Origin: Alphaproteobacteria bacterium
GTDB lineage: Bacteria > Pseudomonadota > Alphaproteobacteria > JAVJVX01
Direction of reading: 5' to 3'
NCBI GenBank assembly: GCA_040220875.1
Contig: JAVJVX010000003.1
Coordinates: 21,353-85,352, forward strand
Length of the DNA: 64,000 nucleotides
In this document: positions 1-10,000 of the stretch, piece by piece
How positions within the stretch are numbered: the first letter of the stretch is position 1
Layout of the letters: each line of letters begins with the position of its first letter
Made by a program: the position numbers and the translations under genes
The notes under the pieces: model-generated
Databases searched by the model: none
What the model saw: only the letters and a program-made list of their open reading frames with translations
What the model was told of the DNA's origin: nothing

Positions 1-518
1 GCACCTATACGCAGGACCTGTTCGGCAAGGACGACGAAACCTTCTTCGATGACATCGACCAGTTCCTTGAATTGCAGGAACAGGCCGTTAACGAGAAGGC
101 CGCGCAATTCGTGGCTGAAGGCAGAAAGGTTGAGATCACCAAAGCCTATTCGATCCCGAACTGGCAGTACCGGGATGCCGAAGACGGCGAGGATGGTGTC
201 ACGATCATCAACCTCTCCCCGCATGGCGACGTGGATATCCGCGAGAACGCGGTGTCCTACGAACTGGACCGTAAGACCGCGCAGGCGACGGCCGATACGC
301 CGGCAGCACCCTCGAAGCCGAAACCTTCCTACAGCGGGCCGCTGTGCCGCCACATGGCGTATCAAAAGAGCCTGGCCGTGCAATCTGTGCTGATGCGCAA
401 TCCGCGCGTTGCGAAGATCGTCGCGATCATCGACCGGCTCGGGCACATGAACGACGTGCACGAAAGCCATCCAAGCCTCAATCCGCAGATAGCGCTCCCG
501 AGCCAGACGACACGGTGA
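1..518 (+). CDS. C-terminal part of a ParB-like / ICE-associated conserved protein (5' end cut by window edge)
   Basis: Frame is open from nt 3 (TYTQDLFGKDDETFFDDIDQFLELQEQAVNEK...) to the stop at 518. Resemblance to large ParB-like proteins of integrative elements is from memory only. Confidence 0.35.
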   Translation, partial: TYTQDLFGKDDETFFDDIDQFLELQEQAVNEKAAQFVAEGRKVEITKAYSIPNWQYRDAEDGEDGVTIINLSPHGDVDIRENAVSYELDRKTAQATADTPAAPSKPKPSYSGPLCRHMAYQKSLAVQSVLMRNPRVAKIVAIIDRLGHMNDVHESHPSLNPQIALPSQTTR

Positions 519-714
519 AGGACGCCGATGGCGAGCGCTCTCCGGAATTCAAGATGCCCAAGGACGACGATTAGTCGGGACCGGCGGTCTGGCCGGGGTC
601 CGATCTAGGTCAGCGCAGTGCAATCAGAGGCAGAATGGCCTGCGGCGGTCTTTCGTTGCGGGTTCCCGATTTTTCCCGTATTTTCTCATAGGGACATGCG
701 TCGCAGGACACGTC

Positions 715-900
715 ATGCAGACAGACATTATGACCATCAAAGAGGTCGCGGAGTACCTGAAGCTGACTGAGAAAACCGCTTATCGGTTGGCGGCAGAGCG
801 GAAGATACCCGGCTTCAAGGTTGGTGGCGCCTGGCGGTTCCGGCGCTCCGAAATAGACGAGTGGATCGAACGGAAGACGAAAGAATCAACGAAGGGTTAG
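715..900 (+). CDS. Excisionase-family helix-turn-helix DNA-binding protein (MerR-superfamily HTH_17 / AlpA-like)
   Basis: 61-aa ORF. MTIKEVAEYLKLTEKTAYRLAAERKIPGFKVGGAWRFRRSEIDEWI matches the classic excisionase HTH pattern. Its stop is 3 nt before the SNF2 start. Confidence 0.8.
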   Translation: MQTDIMTIKEVAEYLKLTEKTAYRLAAERKIPGFKVGGAWRFRRSEIDEWIERKTKESTKG

Positions 901-903
901 GCC

Positions 904-3753
904 TTGATCACTGAGTACCACGCCAAACTGTTTGCTCATGAGCTGAGCAGGCGGCATTCCGTAGCGGATGCCGAGAAGCTGGCGGGCGCATTGCTGGATG
1001 CTCAGGTCGATCTCAATCCGCATCAGGTCGAGGCGGCCCTGTTCGCCTTCAAGTCTCCGCTTTCCAAGGGCGCCATTCTTGCTGACGAGGTTGGGCTCGG
1101 CAAAACGATCGAAGCCGGGCTTGTGCTCGCGCAGAAATGGACTGAGCGGAAGCGCCGCATTCTGGTTATCACACCGGCAAACCTGCGAAAGCAGTGGTCT
1201 CAGGAGATTGAGGAAAAGTTCTTTCTCCCGACGATCATCCTGGAGGCGAAAAACTACAACAAGATGGTGAAAGAAGGCGTTCGCCGTCCTTTCGAACAGA
1301 AAAGCCTCGTTATCTGCTCGTTCCAGTTTGCCGCGCGCCATGCTGACGAACTCATGGTCGTACCGTGGGACCTTGTCGTCATCGATGAAGCGCACCGGTT
1401 GCGCAACGTCTACCGCCCGGACAATAAAATCGGCAAGGCACTCAAAAATGCTCTCGTCAATGCGCCGAAGGTGCTGCTCACGGCGACGCCGTTGCAGAAT
1501 TCGCTGCTGGAGCTATACGGCCTCGTCAGCCTGATCGACGATTACGCGTTCGGCGATGTAAAGAGCTTCCGCTCCCAGTATGCGCGACTTTCAGGCGACG
1601 GGCAGTTCGACGAGCTCAAGAGCCGGTTACAGCCGGTTTGTCACCGGACGCTCCGGCGTCAGGTGCTTGAATATATCCGCTATACCAATCGTATCCCCGT
1701 TACGCAGGAATTCGTGCCGACGGAAGACGAGCAATCGCTTTACGACATGGTTTCGGATTACTTGCGCAGGCCGTCTTTGCAGGCACTTCCGTCTAGTCAA
1801 CGCACGCTCATGACGCTGATCATGCGTAAGCTGTTGGCGTCATCGACCTTCGCTATCGCTGGCGCGCTCGATACGCTGGCTCGCAAACTTGAGCGGCAGC
1901 TGCGCGACGACAAGAATTTGCGTGAGAAGCTGGAGCAGGAGCTGGCCGAAGACTATGAGGAATTCGATGAAATCGCCGATGAATGGTCCGACGAGGTGGA
2001 GGACCCTCAGCTCCTGAACGAAGAGGACATCGCGGCGATTGAAGCTGAAATCGTCGACCTTCGCGCGTTTCGCGACCTTGCGGTCTCCATATCCGAGAAT
2101 GCGAAGGGACAGGCCCTTCTCAGCGCCTTGCGGGCCGGCTTCGAAAAAACGGCTGAGCTTGGTGGCGCGGAGAAAGCCATTATCTTTACTGAATCCCGCC
2201 GCACCCAGGAGTATCTGGTTCGTCAGCTGTCGGAGAACGGGTACGAGGGCAAGATCGTCCTCTTCAACGGTTCGAATTCGGACCCGCAATCGAAGGCGAT
2301 CTACGAGGCTTGGCTCGAACGACATCGTGGTACGGATCGCGTCTCGGGTTCCCGCACGGCGGATATTAGGGCGGCGCTCGTCGACTATTTCCGCGAAGAA
2401 GCCTCGATCATGATCGCGACGGAGGCGGCGGCTGAAGGTATCAACCTTCAATTCTGTTCCATCGTCGTAAATTACGATCTGCCCTGGAACCCGCAACGCA
2501 TTGAGCAGCGTATCGGCCGTTGTCACCGCTATGGTCAGCGCTACGATGTGGTGGTCGTCAATTTTCTCAATAAGAACAATGCCGCCGATCAGCGCGTTTA
2601 CGAGCTTCTCGCTGAGAAGTTCCAGCTCTTCTCAGGCGTGTTCGGGGCTTCGGACGAGATTTTGGGTGCTATCGAATCCGGCGTCGAATTCGAGAAGCGC
2701 ATTGTCTCGATATACCAGAATTGTCGATCGACGGAGGAAATCGAGACCGAGTTCGAATTGCTCCGTACCGAGATGGACGAGAATATCGACGCGACGATGG
2801 AAGACACCCGTCGCAAGCTGCTCGAAAACTTCGATGCGGAAGTCCATGACCGTCTGAAAATCAATCTCGACAAGAGCAAGGAGTATATCGGGCGATACGA
2901 ACGCATGCTGTGGGCCGTGACCCAGCATGAGCTTCGCCAGCACGCCAAGTTTGACGATGAGTATCTGACGTTCACGTTGAAGCGTGTGCCCGATGGCGTG
3001 GATGTACCGTCCGGCGGATACGGGATCGCGAAACAAGGCTTGAGCGAACACCGCTATCGGTTAGGACATCCGCTGGCTCAGCACGTTGTTTCCAAAGCCC
3101 GAGACCGGTCGCTCAACGGCAAGACGCTGGTTTTCGACTATTCGGGTTGGCCCGCAAAGGCTGTGAGTGTCGAGCCGTTGGTCGGTCAATCCGGTGTCAT
3201 GGTTGCCGAGTGCTTGAGCTTCACGGGCTTCGATGAGCAGGACCATATTCTGTTTGCGGCTAAGGCCGATGACGGTCGCGACATCGAGCCGGAGGTCGCT
3301 CGCCGCCTGTTCGAGATGCCATGCCGGACAGAGGCAGGCGACATTGGAAACGAGCGTGCTCGACTGGACCCGGTTCTGGCGAAACGCGAACAGGAGCTGA
3401 TCGAAGAGCTGAAGCGACAGAATGCGCAGTGGTTCGCGGAGGAAAGCCAGAAACTGGAGAAGTGGGCCGAGGACAAGGTATTCGCTGCCGAGAAGGAGCT
3501 GTCCGATGCCAAGGCCCGGATACTCGAATTGAAGCGTGAAGCACGCGCCGTCGAGACGCCGGAACAGCAGCACCGTATCCAGACGCAGATACAGGAACTG
3601 GAGAAGTCCAAGCGACGGCTGAGGCAGCGCATCTTCGAGGTCGAGGACGAAATTATCGAGCAGCGGGACGGGATGATCACCGACCTGGAGGCTCGCATTC
3701 AGCAGCATACAAGCAAACAGGAGCTCTTCACGATCCGTTGGACGGTCGCGTAG
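904..3753 (+). CDS. SNF2/SWI2-family helicase with long C-terminal coiled-coil extension
   Basis: TTG start at 904. Motif I is ILADEVGLGKTIEAG, motif II is VIDEAHRLRN (DEAH at 1384-1395), and helicase-C motif VI is QRIGRCHRYGQ. About 380 aa of C-terminal extension ends in heptad-like KELSDAKARILELKREARAVE... Confidence 0.9.
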   Translation: MITEYHAKLFAHELSRRHSVADAEKLAGALLDAQVDLNPHQVEAALFAFKSPLSKGAILADEVGLGKTIEAGLVLAQKWTERKRRILVITPANLRKQWSQEIEEKFFLPTIILEAKNYNKMVKEGVRRPFEQKSLVICSFQFAARHADELMVVPWDLVVIDEAHRLRNVYRPDNKIGKALKNALVNAPKVLLTATPLQNSLLELYGLVSLIDDYAFGDVKSFRSQYARLSGDGQFDELKSRLQPVCHRTLRRQVLEYIRYTNRIPVTQEFVPTEDEQSLYDMVSDYLRRPSLQALPSSQRTLMTLIMRKLLASSTFAIAGALDTLARKLERQLRDDKNLREKLEQELAEDYEEFDEIADEWSDEVEDPQLLNEEDIAAIEAEIVDLRAFRDLAVSISENAKGQALLSALRAGFEKTAELGGAEKAIIFTESRRTQEYLVRQLSENGYEGKIVLFNGSNSDPQSKAIYEAWLERHRGTDRVSGSRTADIRAALVDYFREEASIMIATEAAAEGINLQFCSIVVNYDLPWNPQRIEQRIGRCHRYGQRYDVVVVNFLNKNNAADQRVYELLAEKFQLFSGVFGASDEILGAIESGVEFEKRIVSIYQNCRSTEEIETEFELLRTEMDENIDATMEDTRRKLLENFDAEVHDRLKINLDKSKEYIGRYERMLWAVTQHELRQHAKFDDEYLTFTLKRVPDGVDVPSGGYGIAKQGLSEHRYRLGHPLAQHVVSKARDRSLNGKTLVFDYSGWPAKAVSVEPLVGQSGVMVAECLSFTGFDEQDHILFAAKADDGRDIEPEVARRLFEMPCRTEAGDIGNERARLDPVLAKREQELIEELKRQNAQWFAEESQKLEKWAEDKVFAAEKELSDAKARILELKREARAVETPEQQHRIQTQIQELEKSKRRLRQRIFEVEDEIIEQRDGMITDLEARIQQHTSKQELFTIRWTVA

Positions 3754-3784
3754 GGACGGAAATTAGGCAGGAGAACCGAGTTAC

Positions 3785-6700
3785 ATGGCAAATATCGAGA
3801 AGCAGCGCGAACGCCTGATAGTCCTGTTGAAGGAGCTGTTCCAGCTAGACCAGCCCGACCTGGACTTCGGCTTCTATCGCATCATGCATGCGAAGGCCGG
3901 TCAGGTGAGCAAGTTTCTCGAAGAGGATCTGCTTGGCATCATCCGCGAGGCGTTCGGCGAAGCGGATGATGCGCGGATTGCCGAAGCCCGGGCAGCCTAT
4001 GAGGCGGCGAAAAAGCAGGCCGAGGAATTCGGAGCACCTGATCCGGATGCCGCGCCGAAGGTGAAGGAAGTCAAAGTTGCCTGGGACGTGGCGAAGGACA
4101 GCGGCAGCAACGAAGGCGACGTTTACGACCACCTGTACCGGTTTTTCGAGCGCTATTACGACAACGGCGATTTCATGAGCCGCCGGTACTTTGCGCGCGA
4201 AACCGACGGCAAGGCCGCACCCTACGCCGTTCCTTATGACGGGCGGGAGGTGTATCTGCACTGGGCGAACCGCGACCAGTACTACATCAAGACATCGGAA
4301 TATCTGAGCAACTTCACCTTCGACCCGACGCAGGCGACAGAGTTCAAGGCACATCATGGCGAGCTTTTCGACGACAAGCCGATCAAGGTGCACTGCCGCG
4401 TCGTCGAGGCGAGCGAAGGGGAGCACAACAACGTTAAGGCGACCGAGCAAACCGAGCGCTACTTCATCATCCACGATCCGGAACCGGTGAAGCTGGAAAC
4501 GGGGGGGACCGGGGCACCGGAGCTTGTCATGCAGTTCGAATATCGCCCCGACGCTGAGAAGACGGGGCAGGAAGGGACTTGGCGGAAAAAGCGCCTGTTG
4601 GAGGCAGCTGAGAAAGTGAAGGGATTGCTGCCGAGCCTAGATGGCGGCGGTGACTACGTGACGGCGCTCATGACGCCGGCGCCCACGGAAGCGGAGAAGG
4701 ATCGAACGCTGCTGGAGAAATATCTGGCGCAGTACACTGCCCGCAACACCATGGACTATTTCATACACAAGGACCTGGGCGGGTTCCTGCGGCGCGAGCT
4801 CGACTTCTACATCAAGAACGAGATCATCCGGCTGGACGACATCGACTCCGCCGATGCGCCGCGCGTGGAGAGCTATCTTGCCAAGGTCAAGGTGCTGCGG
4901 CGCATCGCGCAGCATTTGATCGATTTTCTGGCGCAGTTGGAAAATTTCCAGAAGAAGCTGTGGCTTAAGAAGAAGTTTGTCGTCGATACGCAATACTGCA
5001 TCACGCTCGATCGTATTCCTGAGGAGTTCTATCCGGAGATCGCGGCCAACGACGCGCAGCGGAGAGAATGGGTTCGGCTTTTTGCGATTGACGACTTGTC
5101 CGATTACTCAAGCACACTCAATGCCGCCTTTCTAAAGGCCAATACCAGCTTGACAGTCGACACAGCACTTTTCGGAAACGATTTTCGAGACAGGGTAATC
5201 AGTGCGCTTGAGGATATTGAGAACGAGACGAAGGGTGTTCTCGCTCACTCAGAAAACTTTCAGGCGGTACGCCTCTTTGAAGCAAAATATAGAAAATCAG
5301 CTTCCGCAATCTATATCGACCCACCTTACAACGCAAAATCGAGTGAGATTGCTTACAAAAATACTTATAAGCATTCCTCTTGGCTTTCCTTCATGCAGGA
5401 TCGCATACACTCCGGTGCAAGCCTTTTGCGGGATGACGGCGTCCATGCTGTTGCGATTGACGAAGTCGAACAGGAAGTTCTGAGCATCATATTGGATCAA
5501 GTTCTTAATGACATGAAGACGGTCGTCCTTCCGATCGTTAGCAATCCTCGTGGCCAGCAGGGTAAGAATGTTTCAGCTGTCCATGAATATATGATCCTCT
5601 CCTATCCCTCTGACGCGAAGAAATACTTGGCTGACACCCCGAAAAACGAGGTGGATTCGAGGACACTACGGGACTCAGGGACTGAGTCAGATCGTACTGA
5701 TGCCAAGACTTGCTTCTATCCATTTATCGTGCGGAATGGCGAGATTGTGGAAATTGGGCAGGTTCCACCAGATGATTTTCATCCCACCGGCGCGAATGTT
5801 GTTTTGCCGAATGGCGATATCGAGGTCTGGCCGCTCACGGACGGAGGTGACGAGAAGAAATGGCGGTATGGTTGGGATACTGTACCTCAAATTCTTGAAA
5901 AACTTGAGCCAAAGTCTGGAAGAAACTCGATCCAGATCATCTTTCACAAAGATACGGGGACAATGAGAAGTCTGTGGGTCGGGGCACAGTACGATGCCAG
6001 TGAGTATGGCACAAAAGTTCTACAAAAGATGCTAGGGGAAGAGCTGGCAAAAGAATTTTCTTATCCGAAGTCTATAAATACTGTGCGTGAAGCTCTTGAG
6101 GTTCAGCTCAATGGGCAATCCAACGGATTGGTGGTCGACTACTTTGCTGGCTCTGGAACGACTGGACATGCCGTTATTGAGATAAACAGAAAAAGTGAAG
6201 AAAATGACATTCGGTACGTTCTTGTCGATATGGGGTCCTATTTTGATGTCGTATTGAAGCCACGCATTCAGAAGTCAATATACTCTTCAGATTGGGATGG
6301 CGGAAAGCCGCTATCAAGAAATGGCGTTAGCCAATGTATAAAGTACGTCAGGCTTGAAACATATGAAGACGCCTTAAACAATTTGGCATTCCGGCCGGCC
6401 CCGTCTACAGCACAGGCCTCGCCAGACTTCGCGCGTGACTACATGCTCCGCTACTGGCTCGACTTTGAGTCCAAGGGTAGTCCGTCACTCCTGAACATCG
6501 AATGGTTCGATGATCCAACAGCCTACAAGCTAAAGATCAAGAAGCCCGGCACGGACGAGTATGTCGAGAAGGCCGTCGATCTGGTCGAGACATTCAATTG
6601 GTTGATCGGGCTGCATGTCGAGCATCTGGATCGCTGGCGTGGTTATGACGCTGCCTTCAAGCGAGAGGCTGATCCCGAACTGCCAGGCGATACCAATACG

Positions 6701-7036
6701 CGCCTGATTTTGGACGGTGCGCTTAAGGAGACCGACGACGGCGCATGGCGTATCCGCAAGGTCGAAGGCTATAGGCTGCGCACTCCCGGCGACCAGAACG
6801 ACCGTGAGAAGGTGCTCGTTATCTGGCGCAAGCTGACGGACGATCTGGAGCAGGACAATCTTGTGCTGGACGAGTGGTTCAAGAAATGCCGCTTGTCCAC
6901 ACAGGATACCGAGTTCGACGTAATCTACGTCAACGGCTCCAACAATCTTCCCAATTTGCGCAAGGACGAAGAGACCTGGAAAGTCAGGCTGATCGAAGAA
7001 GCCTTCCATCAGGCCATGTGGGATGTGGAGGGTTAA
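3785..7036 (+). CDS. Very large (1083 aa) beta-class N6-adenine/N4-cytosine DNA methyltransferase, Type III Mod-like core with long N- and C-terminal extensions
   Basis: SD AGGAGA at 3769-3774. Motif IV IYIDPPYN (DPPY 5318-5329) precedes motif I VVDYFAGSGTTGHAV (6143-6163), which is the beta-class order. About 440 aa N-terminal and about 220 aa C-terminal regions have no motif I recognise. Confidence 0.9.
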   Translation: MANIEKQRERLIVLLKELFQLDQPDLDFGFYRIMHAKAGQVSKFLEEDLLGIIREAFGEADDARIAEARAAYEAAKKQAEEFGAPDPDAAPKVKEVKVAWDVAKDSGSNEGDVYDHLYRFFERYYDNGDFMSRRYFARETDGKAAPYAVPYDGREVYLHWANRDQYYIKTSEYLSNFTFDPTQATEFKAHHGELFDDKPIKVHCRVVEASEGEHNNVKATEQTERYFIIHDPEPVKLETGGTGAPELVMQFEYRPDAEKTGQEGTWRKKRLLEAAEKVKGLLPSLDGGGDYVTALMTPAPTEAEKDRTLLEKYLAQYTARNTMDYFIHKDLGGFLRRELDFYIKNEIIRLDDIDSADAPRVESYLAKVKVLRRIAQHLIDFLAQLENFQKKLWLKKKFVVDTQYCITLDRIPEEFYPEIAANDAQRREWVRLFAIDDLSDYSSTLNAAFLKANTSLTVDTALFGNDFRDRVISALEDIENETKGVLAHSENFQAVRLFEAKYRKSASAIYIDPPYNAKSSEIAYKNTYKHSSWLSFMQDRIHSGASLLRDDGVHAVAIDEVEQEVLSIILDQVLNDMKTVVLPIVSNPRGQQGKNVSAVHEYMILSYPSDAKKYLADTPKNEVDSRTLRDSGTESDRTDAKTCFYPFIVRNGEIVEIGQVPPDDFHPTGANVVLPNGDIEVWPLTDGGDEKKWRYGWDTVPQILEKLEPKSGRNSIQIIFHKDTGTMRSLWVGAQYDASEYGTKVLQKMLGEELAKEFSYPKSINTVREALEVQLNGQSNGLVVDYFAGSGTTGHAVIEINRKSEENDIRYVLVDMGSYFDVVLKPRIQKSIYSSDWDGGKPLSRNGVSQCIKYVRLETYEDALNNLAFRPAPSTAQASPDFARDYMLRYWLDFESKGSPSLLNIEWFDDPTAYKLKIKKPGTDEYVEKAVDLVETFNWLIGLHVEHLDRWRGYDAAFKREADPELPGDTNTRLILDGALKETDDGAWRIRKVEGYRLRTPGDQNDREKVLVIWRKLTDDLEQDNLVLDEWFKKCRLSTQDTEFDVIYVNGSNNLPNLRKDEETWKVRLIEEAFHQAMWDVEG

Positions 7037-7039
7037 GTC

Positions 7040-10000
7040 GTGGCTGCGCGCAAAAAGATCAAACCGTTACCATTCAGTCACAAGCTCGTCCTAAACCAGT
7101 GGATTGTGAGCCTGTTCGGTTTCGACCCGATCAAGGATCACAAGGACGGAAAGCGGACGTTGCGGCCCATGCAGCCGCTGGCGAGCGTGGTCAAGGATGC
7201 GCAGGAGGGCATGACGTCCGAAAACCTGCACCACTTTTACAAGGCGCTGGATATCAACCTTCAGTCATCGGCCAAGATCACGCGGGCCGACCTGCTGCGA
7301 TACGAACACAACATCGTTAGCCACACGTTGGCGATCAACGAGAAGCGCGACCGGCCCATCGTCTGGAAGTATTACCAGTGGCTCTCGCTGCTGTTTGCGG
7401 AAATCTATCTGGACCGGTTTTTCGCGGACCGCGAGGCGTTGCTTGAGGCGCTTAACGCCTATGTCGCCGATTTCAACACCTACTGGACCGACGAGGGATA
7501 TGAGACCGGTATCACACCATACGAACTTGATGACCTGAACAAGCTCTGCCTCCAGAACGCGACGGGCTCGGGCAAGACGTTGCTGATGCACGTTAATTTC
7601 CTTCAATTCCGCCACTACGCGTCTTCGTCGCGGTTCAAGCACGACCTTACCCGGACGATCCTCATTACGCCGAACGAAGGCCTCTCGGTTCAGCATGCCC
7701 GTGAGATGAAAGGGAGCGATATCACGGCTGCTAGGTTGCTGACGGACAGCGGCGATTTGTTGTCTTCTGGCAAGAGCGGTTTGCGGCAAGTGGACTACAC
7801 CGAGATTACCAAACTGGGCGATACGGATGGTCCGAACGTCATCGCCACGCGCAATCTTGGGGACAAGAACCTGCTTCTGGTCGATGAGGCGCACCGGGGC
7901 ATGGGGAGCCAGGAAGAACGCGGCTGGTTTCGAAGTCGTGCGCGCCTGTCGGAGAAGGGATTCGTGTTCGAGTATTCCGCGACCCTGAAGGAGGCTGTCA
8001 CAGCCGCTAAACGCCCGGAGATCGAGGCGTCATACGCAAAGACGATCCTATTCGATTATTCGTACCGGTATTTCTACGAGGACGGCTACGGCAAGGACTA
8101 CCGCATCTTCAATCTGCCGCGCACCTTCAGCGAGCTGGAGTTCGCATATCTGACAGCCTGCCTGATGTCGTTCTACCAGCAGCTCAAGCTGTATGAGGAC
8201 AATCAGGGCCTTTACGCGCCCTACAACATCGAGAAGCCGTTGTGGGTGTTCGTGGGATCAAGCGTTACCAAGGCAACGGGGACCAAGGCCGAAAAGGCGA
8301 CCGTCTCCGATGTGGGAAAGATCCTCGCGTTCATCGCCCGGTTTCTGAAGAGTGATGCTGCGTCATCGTCCGAGATAGACCGCATCCTGACAGGCAACGC
8401 TAAAAAGACCGGTCTCCTTGACGAAAGCGGGGGAGACATCTTTGCGGGGGGCTTCATCTATCTTCAGCAGCTGATGCTGCGAGAAGGCTGGGAAGCAACT
8501 GACCTCTATCGCGATATTCTTGCCAAGCTGTTTCAGAACAAAGCCGGTGGTGAGCTCTCGATCGCGCGGATCAGAGGCGACGAGAACGAGATCATGCTTC
8601 GCGTTGGACAGGCGGACGTACCGTTCGGCCTGATCAATGTCGGCGATGCGTCGGGCCTCGCAAGCCATATTGCCGAACAGAGTTTTGACAACGTGGTCGT
8701 GCATGACTCCGAGTTCGCTGAAACCATGTTCGGCCAAATCAACCTGTCCAGTTCGCCGTTAAATCTGCTGATCGGATCGAAGCGGTTTGTCGAAGGGTGG
8801 GATTGCTGGCGCGTGAGCACGCTCGGTCTGATGCATGTCGGGAAGAGCGAGGGAGCGCAGATTATTCAGCTGTTCGGACGGGGTGTTCGACTGAAAGGCT
8901 ACGATTGGACGTTGCAGCGGAGCGGTTTTGCGACTCCGACCCACCAGCCGGATTTCATTCAGTATGTGGAAACGCTCAACGTCTTCGGTATCGAGGCCGA
9001 TTTCATGGAGCGATTCCGGAAGTTCCTTGAGGAAGAAGAGCTGCCTAGAAACGACAAAAAAGACATCTTCAGGGTCCCGCTGAACGTAACCTACGAATTC
9101 GGCAAGCGATTGAAGGTGCTGCGGCCCCGAAAAAAACGCGACGACGGGCGGGAGTACGATTTCAAAAGGGACGGCGCCGTTCCTGCGCTCGGGATCATGC
9201 CCGAAAAAATCCGTCAGAAGGGCGTCGAGATCGACTGGTATCCCCGTATCCAATCACTTGAATCGAAGAAGGGTGTGAAGCTCGGATCGAAGGAAGAGAC
9301 TACTTTCCGGGACGGCCATCTCGCGTTCCTGGATTACGACGATCTGTTTTTCCGGCTGGAGAAATTCAAGCGGGAGAGGACCTGGCACAATTTCAACATT
9401 ACCAAGCAACAACTGTCCGAACTGCTCGCCGATAGGACCTGGTACAAGCTGGTTGTGCCGTCGGGAAAGATGGACTTTTCAGACTTCTCGAACGTCAGCC
9501 TGTGGCAGGAGATGGCAGCCGAGCTTCTGCAAAAATTCGCCGAAGAGTATTATAATTATTGCAAGGCGGCGTTCATCGAGCCGCGGCTTGAGTTGCGCGA
9601 AATCGAGCCCAATGATGGCAGCCTCCCGCAGGAGGACGAATATCAGCTCATCGTCGATGCCAATGAGTTGGCGTTGATAGGCGATATCCAGACACTCACG
9701 AAGGAGATTGCCGCCCGCAAGACAGGCATCCTTCGGGCCGGCGACCTAAAGGGGTGTCTTTTCAGTGCGCATCTCTATGAGCCGGTCCTCCATACGGCGA
9801 AGGGCAGTAAAATCCAGATTGCGCCGGTCTCGTTGAACGAGAGCGAGTTCCAGTTCATCGATGACCTTCGTATATGTCTGGAGCGCGAGCAGGCTCGGCT
9901 GGAGAACGAAGGTATAGAGATTTTCCTTCTGCGTAACAAAAGCCGGGGCAGGGGTATCGGGTTCTTCGAGGCGGGCAATTTCTATCCCGACTTCCTTTTG

